Assembly (NCBI GenBank): GCA_038087875.1
Contig: CM075979.1
Span: 45,384,001 to 45,448,000 of the forward strand
Origin: Malacoraja senta
Lineage: Eukaryota
Length of the DNA: 64,000 bases
Direction of reading: 5' to 3'
Shown: piece after piece, positions 56,600 through 64,000 of the stretch
Layout of the letters: every line of letters begins with the position of its first letter
Position numbering within the stretch: the stretch's first letter is position 1
Position numbers and translations under genes: made by a program
The notes under the pieces: generated by a model
Databases searched by the model: none
What the model saw: only the letters and a program-made list of their open reading frames with translations
What the model was told of the DNA's origin: nothing

Positions 56600-58195
56600 G
56601 AAATTTACCCTGAAGTCCAAACAAACCGGGCAGGGGCTTAACACTTTAACCAATCAACAATGGCAGGGTAACTATCTAGCAACATTATTGTAACATATGT
56701 TAACTTAGTTTGCATTGATCCAATTAACCTCATGCATTTTACATTTCCTTGGATGTTCTCTGCAAAAATCCCATCCATCTGTCACATGAATATGCAACAC
56801 TGATCTGGGCCCAGACTTACTGGCACCATTCAGAAGCTTGTCTTATTTCTGCAGCGCACACCAGACTTGACCAAAATGGCCTAGTGATACATGAGTCCTT
56901 ATTAAGCTTTGGGGACTATGGCTGCTCGGTTTTAGCCAGGATTAACGTTCCTCCCTTTTATCAAATATGATAACCATCATTTATGATAATCAAAGATACA
57001 TTGGTGACTGGTACATTATCAAACAAATTAACAACAAGATGATGTTTCTTCTCAGAATCTCATCAAGCTTCCCGAGTTTTCGTGGGCGTAGCTTCATGTT
57101 TCCCGTCTGATGACTCTTCACTTCCCGAGTTTTCATGGGCGCAAATCCTCTCCATCTGTGTTGTCAATCCCTCTGTACTTGATCCATAGTTGAACCTATA
57201 ATTCCTAAGGGAACTTGGCATTAAGCAAATTACAATCCACACTTTCACTGATACTTTCCCACCCATTAACCAAAAGTCCTCTTTCTGTACACTATTACTA
57301 TTTTGAGATATAATCTTTCCCATACAAGATCAACACCAACATGTAGTCAGTTATCTTCACAGTCACATGCTGGTTTCCAATGTGCCTCTAATGAAGGTTT
57401 CTCATATAAATTTCAGCTGGGTTCAGTCCAGATTTCCCTACAGGCGTGACTCTCATTCAAACAATCAGTCTTACAAATTTCTTACACCGCTTTATTATCA
57501 AGGGTTGGATCAATTTCGATCCATTGGTCAAATACATCGACTCTGACAACAAGTACCCACTCCACTGGTACTTCTTACAACCCAATCACTCCTTCTTTTC
57601 CAGCAACTCTTTCTAGGCAGTCAGCCTTGACAATAAAGGAAATCTTGTATCTTGAATCTTGACTTCTTGAAGGGAAACTTTGTCCTTTACACTTCCTCAT
57701 TCCCAATTCTTTTTATGCCGTCTCTCACGTTCTCTACATTTTCAGTCATGTTCTTACTCTTTCCCTCTGTCAAGTTCCTGTCCTTCCTTTCATGACTGTT
57801 ACTAATCCTTCACTCCTCTCTGGCTGTCTATCTGGGGGTGAGACAATAAAAATACCAGGTTAATTTTCAATTTTCAAATATTCCTAAGCCATATCCCATA
57901 ACCCATTTCCAATTCTCAAATTTTAGAGTCCTTCCAATTAATCACCACCCAATTTAGAGATCTAATTCAGAATTTTGTCAATTTATTCTTAAAAACTAAA
58001 TTTAGGCGCAAAGTAGGTGTCCCCGAACCACAGAGGAGTATTAATTCCCAGGTTTTCTTCTTTATTCTTTTAGGTCGGAGCTTGCCTCAATGATCTCTAG
58101 AGGCTGTCTGTATTTTTTCAAATTCTTGAGACTTGTTCTTCCTTTTCACGGGTGTCAATTACGATGTTACGTTGGTAAGGTTGGGCACTAGGGTA
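56600..58195 (-). mobile_element. Highly decayed ERV/LTR-element remnant
   Basis: Integrase-like RVTPVGKSGLNPAEI (about 57410-57453) and GGKVSVKVW; PPT-like AAAAGGGAGGAA (56948-56959). Confidence 0.4.
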
Positions 58196-58825
58196 TAGGT
58201 GAGATCTTCCTCTTTTTTAATTTGTAGGAATAGGAATACGGAGAAGCAGCCTTCTTTGTCTGTCGGCCTTTCCCAGATGGTAGACGTTAAAGGGACAGGA
58301 CAGTATCACTTCTGGGAACTTAATATTCAGGGTTATATATCCTATAGAAAGGACAGGCAGGTGGGCAGAGGAGGGGGGGTAGCTCTCCTGGTGAGGGATG
58401 GAATTCAGTCCCTTGCGAGGGAAGACATAGGGACTGACGAGGTAGAGCCACTGTGGATTGAGTTGAGGAATTGTAAAGGCAAGAAGACACTAATTGGTGT
58501 TATTTACAGACCCCCAAACAGTAGCCCGGATGTAGGGTGTAAGTTGCAGCAGGAGTTAAAACTGGCATGTAACAAAGGTAATGCCACTGTGGTGATGGGG
58601 GATTTCAATATGCAGGTAGACTGGGAAAATCAGGTTGGTTCAGGACCCCAAGAAAGAGAGTTTGTAGAATGCCTCCGAGATGGATTCTTAGAGCAGCTTG
58701 TAATGGAGCCGACGAGAGAAAAGGCAATTCTGGATTTAGTGTTGTCCAATGAACCAGATATGATAAGAGAACTCGAGGTAAAGGAACCGCTTGGAGGTAG
58801 TGATCATAATATGATTAGTTTTAAT
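58195..58825 (+). mobile_element. CR1 endonuclease fragment, host of the DIRS insertion (continues at 63696-63870)
   Basis: GVIYRPP, MGDFN and GGSDHNMISFN, resuming as LQFEKENVKSEV after the DIRS element. Confidence 0.9.
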
Positions 58826-59046
58826 AGTAAGATTAAACGAGAACTTACCAGTTTGAAGTTTGATCTGTATTTTATGAGGAGTTACGATGAGGGATTACGT
58901 GAAGAGCCCGTCCAGCACGCATGCGCGACATTCTTCAAAGCAGCGGTGTGGAATCACAGGACACACAAGAATTGAAATAAACATAGTAAAGAAAAGGAGA
59001 ACTAAGATACCAGTTGATCTCTATATTTGAGGGTGGGAGCGGAGGG

Positions 59047-59158
59047 CACGTAATCCCTCATCGTAACTCCTCATAAAATACAGATCAAACTTCAAACTGG
59101 TAAGTTCTCGTTTAATCTTACTATTTTACTTCGGAGTCACGTGAGTGACTACGTGAAG
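59047..59158. repeat. DIRS internal complementary region (ICR)
   Basis: Reverse complement of the left terminus (58826-58901) joined to the reverse complement of the right terminus (63660-63695). Confidence 0.95.
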
Positions 59159-59325
59159 ATTTTAAAGCTCTGTGATTTCAAACCGAGTAACAGTTCATAC
59201 TTCACTCGCTGCCGAAGTGTTTCAAGGGAGGAAGTATGTTATCGTAATCAACCATGAATCTGTTTGTAAACAATAATTGTATTTATTAAACAATAACAAA
59301 AGAAAAATGCTCCCCCGGGCTTAAA

Positions 59326-60297
59326 TTATATATTTGCAGATTCTAAAATTCTTTCTGCAAATAACACAGGTTCTGCTAGCGGCTTGTTGTAGAACGTTTG
59401 GAACGTTTTCTCCATGGACCACCCCACTGTAGCCAGGATGTGGTTCAGTGGTACGTCCATCCTTTTAGCCGCCGATGTGGATGCTGCCCTAGTGGAGTGA
59501 GATGTATATACGTCAGTATCTACTCCAGCAACTCCCAGTACCTGCTTTAGCCACCTTGAGATGGTTTGGCTCGATACCCGACCATGTGGTTGCTTGTGGC
59601 TGACCCATAAGGCTTTTTCTCTCCCTCGGGAATCTCTTGTTGTGTTGATGTAAGTCAGTAGGTGAGTCATGACACACAACCGCGGGTCAGGTGGGTATGC
59701 CCGGAAATCCATAACTAGGCCTGAAGTTCCTGACCTGCTCTGCTTTACCAGCTCCTGAATGGTGAATGAGACCCGGTCTGGTGTTATAACCATGTTGTCC
59801 AGTCGCAGTAAGTAGAGGGACTGGACTCTTTGTGATGAGACTAGTGCCATCAGCATGACCGTTTTCAGGGTTAGCTGTTCCAGAGTGAGAGACCTGGCTG
59901 GTGACCATCCTCTTAGGTATGTCAGGACCACACTGACATCCCAGATTCTGGTGTATCTAGGTCTAGGGGGGTTAGAATTGAATATACCCCTCATGAGTTT
60001 AATCACCAGCGGGTGAGACCCTATAGCCTGTTGTTCTGGTACTTGTTTTAAATAGGCTGACAGAGCACTTCTGGCAGTATTGATGGCGCTGTAGCTCAAT
60101 CCTTCATTATGGTGAAGGCCAGCCAGGAACTCCAGTACATTGGTTATGGTTGCAGATGAGTACGTTGTCCCAGTAGTCGAGCAGTATCTTTCCCACTTCC
60201 TGATGCTCGATAGGTATTGTTTCCTGGTGGACATACGGTGGGACGCTGTCATCGTGTTGATGGTTCTGTCAGACAACCCCAGCAGTGGTCTTTTCAT
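59326..60297 (-). CDS. DIRS tyrosine recombinase (ATG at 60297), open
   Basis: QRVQSL (Arg), SHSTRAAS (H-x-x-R), GW and FQTFYNK (catalytic Tyr). Confidence 0.92.
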   Translation of the reverse strand: MKRPLLGLSDRTINTMTASHRMSTRKQYLSSIRKWERYCSTTGTTYSSATITNVLEFLAGLHHNEGLSYSAINTARSALSAYLKQVPEQQAIGSHPLVIKLMRGIFNSNPPRPRYTRIWDVSVVLTYLRGWSPARSLTLEQLTLKTVMLMALVSSQRVQSLYLLRLDNMVITPDRVSFTIQELVKQSRSGTSGLVMDFRAYPPDPRLCVMTHLLTYINTTRDSRGREKALWVSHKQPHGRVSSQTISRWLKQVLGVAGVDTDVYTSHSTRAASTSAAKRMDVPLNHILATVGWSMEKTFQTFYNKPLAEPVLFAERILESANI

Positions 60298-62245
60298 AAC
60301 CTGCAACCCAGTAGGTTAATTTTGTCATGGCATGGATGACTTATGCCTGATACCGGGTGAGTCAATAGGTCTGGGCTACTGGGGAAGGTCATAGGAGTTT
60401 CAATGACCATGTCGAGGACCACTGGGAATCATGGCTGTGTAGGCCAGTCGGGTACTATCAAAATACCTGAAGCAGAGTCCATCTGTATTTTGCGTAGTAC
60501 CCTACTGATGAGGCAGAAGGGGGGAAAAGCATAAAAGAAAGAGTTTCCCCAGTTCAGCGCGAATGCATCTATCGCTGCTGCCTCAGGGTCTGGTTCCCAA
60601 GCGACATACATTGGTACCTGGTGATTTAGTCTGGATGCAAAGAGATCGATATCTGGTGTGCCATATTGCTTTGTAATTTTAGCAAAAGCTCTAGGATTTA
60701 ACATCCATTCGGTGTTATCATTGAATTTGCGTGACCTGGTGTCTGCCAGTGTATTTAGCTTATCTGGTAGGTAAGTTGCTGATAGCCAAATATGTCTATC
60801 GACACACCATTGCCAGATTTTGTTGACCAAATTGTCACATGATATCGATTTTATTCCGCCCATATGGTTAATATAGGCCACCACCGTGGTATTATCAATT
60901 TGTAAACGAACATGCAAATGGTGCATATCCATAGAATATGCTTTTAAACCATAAAACGCACCCAACATTTCCAAGTAATTTATGCCCAGTGTTTGTAGTA
61001 AAGATGATTCTAGGTTAGTCCATCTACCACCTGTGCTGGATATGGTATTAGTTGCTCCCCAGCCTTGAGCACTGACATCTGTTTGTATAATTAATGTTGG
61101 GTTATTGATGATGATAGGGCTGGAACTATGCCAAATGTGTTCTATCCACCATTGTAACTCTGATATTGCTTCAATGGGTAATTTCATGGTTCGGTCAAAG
61201 TGACCTGCATGTCGTTCCAATGCCTGTACTTTTGCCCTTTGTAGGTTCTGATAGTGCAGGGGTCCAAATTGTGTAGCTGGAAATGCTGCTACCATTTTGC
61301 CAATTACTCTTGCCACTTGTCGGATGGTTGGTCGATTGCTAACCATTAAATTGTTGCACGTCTGTGCCAATTCTGCTGCTTTACCTTTTGGCAACGTTAC
61401 AGACATGTGGACTGAGTTAATTGTGAATCCCAGATAGTCCATACTTGTGGATGGCGTCAACTTACATTTATCTGGATGTATGACAAATCCCAGGGTTTCA
61501 AACAATTGTTTGGTAGCTAATACAGCTGATTTAGCCAACTCCATGGTTTTGCCTACTATTAGGATATCATCAAGATATGCCAGGACAATATGTCTTTGTT
61601 TTCTTAATGTTGCCAAGGCTGGTTTTAAGATCTTGGTAAATAGTCTAAGGGCTGATGTTAACCCATTAGGCAACACTTTATACTGCCATAGTTGCCCCAT
61701 CCAGGTAAATTTCAGGTATCTGCGATGACCCTTATGAATGGGTACTGAATAGTAGGCATCTTGTAAATCAATACCTGCCATAAAGTATCCTTTGGAAATC
61801 AGTTGTTTGGCAGTTACAAATGTTTCCATTTTGAAATGTACATACTTAACAAAGGTATTTAGTGAAGTTAAGTCAATGATGATGCGACATCCACCATCTT
61901 TTTTGCTTTTGGTAAATATATTTGAGACAAATTCCAAAGGTTCATGTTTGGATTTCTCAATGACACCCTTTGTAAGAAACCTCACCAGTTCTGCTTGAGT
62001 CTCTAGTTTCTCTTTGACTGAGAGGGTAAAGACCCTTTGGGGTATGTGCTGAACTGGTGGCATGTTTTCTTGAATGAACTCTATTTTGTATCCCCGAACA
62101 CTGTTAAGTATATAACTATCATTCGTGAGAGACCTCCATGCTTCAATGAACAGATGTAATCTCCCCCCTGTTAGTACAGTCCCCCACTTTTTATATGCTG
62201 ATAGGAACCAGACCCACCTACCTCCATAGTTACGGGAGTGTTCAT
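60294..62245 (-). pseudogene. DIRS RT / RNase H / adenine-methyltransferase-like ORF; open 60429-62063, with a premature TGA at 60429 and a 1-nt frame offset near the N-terminus
   Basis: IDLQDAYY, LPNGL and YLDD RT motifs; TDVSAQGWG and INYLE RNase H; DLFAS and YAFPPF MT-like motifs. Confidence 0.9.
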
Positions 62246-63486
62246 TGCTTCTGTTTCTTCATCCGCCGTTGTACTGCTGGATGTCCTGTTGGTTGGGGGT
62301 GGCGCATTTTTCATGGGGTCCGCTCTGGGCCCTGGCCTAAAAAAGGCTTTCGGGGATGGAATGCGGACCCCGAGCTTTCACCAGTCCTGAATGTTTGTCG
62401 TCAACTGGTGGACGTGGTGGGGTACTGCTGTCTGGGTTGTGTGGGTCTGCTCGTTCTGGGGCCTGCCCTCATGAGGCCAAATGCTTTGGCCTCTTCCTCC
62501 AGGTCTTTTACTTGTTTTGTTAAGTCCTTCCCGAATAACAGGATCTGTGGCTCTGAGGCCGGTGTTTTACACAGTCCTGCATACCTGGGATTGAGGGCAG
62601 GTCTTATTATCTCCTTGCGGAGGTTGTTGATCTCGTATTGGGTGTTGCACAGCATAGCTAGAGTGTCTTGCTGGTCTGTGGTCATATCCACCCCATCCAC
62701 GGAACGAGCATAGGATGTTATCCCTGTTGTCAGGAGCTTGAGGATGCGTTGTAATTTTAGCTCTTGGCTCCGGATACTCTGTCCAACATACCCCCAGATT
62801 TGGCTGTTAACGGCCGGTACATTAAGCGAACTGCAGTTCTCCGGAGGCGAGTAGATTTCTAGTGCCTCATTAAGTACCTGATCTTGTAGGGGTTTGACAG
62901 ACAGGTGGTTAATGCTGGCCGCCAGTTTTGGCTCCAATGGCCGCCCTGCTCGTGGTGTAGCCACGTAGCGATTCACCACACCCAGCAGCTCTTCCTGGTC
63001 CTGTACCCCAAGCGTACTCCCGATATCTTCAGCCAATGACCCCTGTTCTTGACCAGCCCAGTCCTGGTCGCCAATGCTGCCCTCGGCTGAGGGAGAAGCA
63101 ATGGCCAGTGCATTGTAAGGCACTGCTGTGGGAGTGCCTGAACCCCCTTTGCGAGACTGCTCCAGCTCCCGAAGCAAGTCTTGCTGGAGCAGTTGCTCCA
63201 TGAGCCTTTCCATTTGGCTCAGGCGGCTACCCCTTCCGCTCTCAGGCGGAGCCTCCTCATCGGAGTCAGACATAACCGGCCGGTCTGTTTTTTGTCTTGA
63301 TTTGCCTCCAGCCCGCTGCTGCTCCTCAGGCTGCGCTAGCGGTACTGGGCTCGGCTCGGTCTCGATGAGGGTGGACCGCAGCATGTGCGGTCCAGGTGCC
63401 GCCTCTCGCCCCCCACTGATGGGACCCTCTGGGTCTGTTGGAGTCGAACGGGGGGTGGTTTTCTTTGCTTGCCGTGCTTTACTCAT
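62242..63486 (-). pseudogene. DIRS ORF1 (gag-like), ATG at 63486; premature stops at 62401 and 62311, natural stop at 62242
   Basis: Open 62401-63522; PENCSSLNVPAVNSQIW and LLFGKDL blocks typical of DIRS ORF1; same frame continues through two TGA codons to KKQKQ*. Confidence 0.8.
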
Positions 63487-64000
63487 TTTCCCAGTTTTAT
63501 CTGGAATTACAGAGCAGAGCAAGCTTGCTATTATGACCTCAGAGTAAGTACTTACCTGATGGGCCGCTTTTTAAACTTGTAGCGGGAGCGCCTTGTACTC
63601 CCGTTCGTCGCTGTTGCACTGCGTGAACGCTCATGTCGTGCATGCGTGCTGGACGGGCTCTTCACGTAGTCACTCACGTGACTCCGAAGTAAAATCTGCA
63701 ATTTGAGAAGGAGAACGTTAAATCGGAAGTGGCAGTGATGCAGTTGAACAAAGGGGACTATGAAGGCATGAGAGGGGAGCTGGCCAAAGTAGACTGGAAA
63801 GGGATCCTAGCAGGAATGACGGTGGAACAGCAATGGCGGGAATTTCTGGGCATAATCCGGGAGACGCAGGATCATAGATACATAGATACATAGATACATA
63901 GAAAATAGGTGCAGGAGTAGGCCATTCGGCCCTTCGAGCCTGCACCGCCATTCAATATGATCATGGCTGATCATCCAACTCAGTATCCCGTACCTGCCTT

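Larger units (their letters stand above)
58826..63695 (-). mobile_element. DIRS1-like tyrosine-recombinase retrotransposon, structurally complete
   Basis: 36-bp ITRs (58896-58931, 63633-63668, one mismatch), ICR 59047-59158, no TSD but shared AAT core at both junctions, gag / RT-RH-MT / YR ORFs. Confidence 0.97.

Noticed and set aside
58199-58975. 258-aa ORF that looks like a novel endonuclease fusion
   Set aside because: CR1 endonuclease frame reading by chance into the DIRS terminus
59326-62063. Tyrosine recombinase plus adenine-methyltransferase-like motifs suggesting a phage or bacterial horizontal transfer
   Set aside because: Both are standard DIRS domains and lie within DIRS ITR/ICR boundaries

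Overview
Repeat-dense vertebrate genomic DNA, very probably from a cartilaginous fish (inferred from HE1/V-SINE-like, CR1, Rex-Babar, L2, Penelope, L1, Gypsy and DIRS repeats). One host gene runs along the minus strand and can be assembled by hand from canonical phase-1 GT-AG exons. It is a B7-H6/NCR3LG1-like receptor: leader 53128-53179, IgV 48125-48463, IgC1 40201-40515, TM 38704-38805 and a short cytoplasmic exon 33984-34061. These are followed by an unusual modular tail of cysteine-less C1-like Ig exons (17263-17685, 8063-8485, truncated 797-1054) and 90-bp acidic-repeat exons (6868-6957, 6177-6266, 1907-1996, a dead copy near 28.3-28.5 kb). The joined frame is open for about 753 codons and leaves the window. 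A full-length, apparently intact 6.6-kb L1 with a 15-bp TSD sits at the splice donor of one Ig-like exon, next to the breakpoint of a near-identical 2.55-kb tandem duplication. Also present: a structurally complete but mutated DIRS element (ITRs, ICR, ATGA-coupled ORFs), an internally deleted Gypsy element, nested LINE stacks, and Penelope-derived minimal hammerhead motifs. All exon linkages are inferred from splice signals and phase; no transcript data were available.
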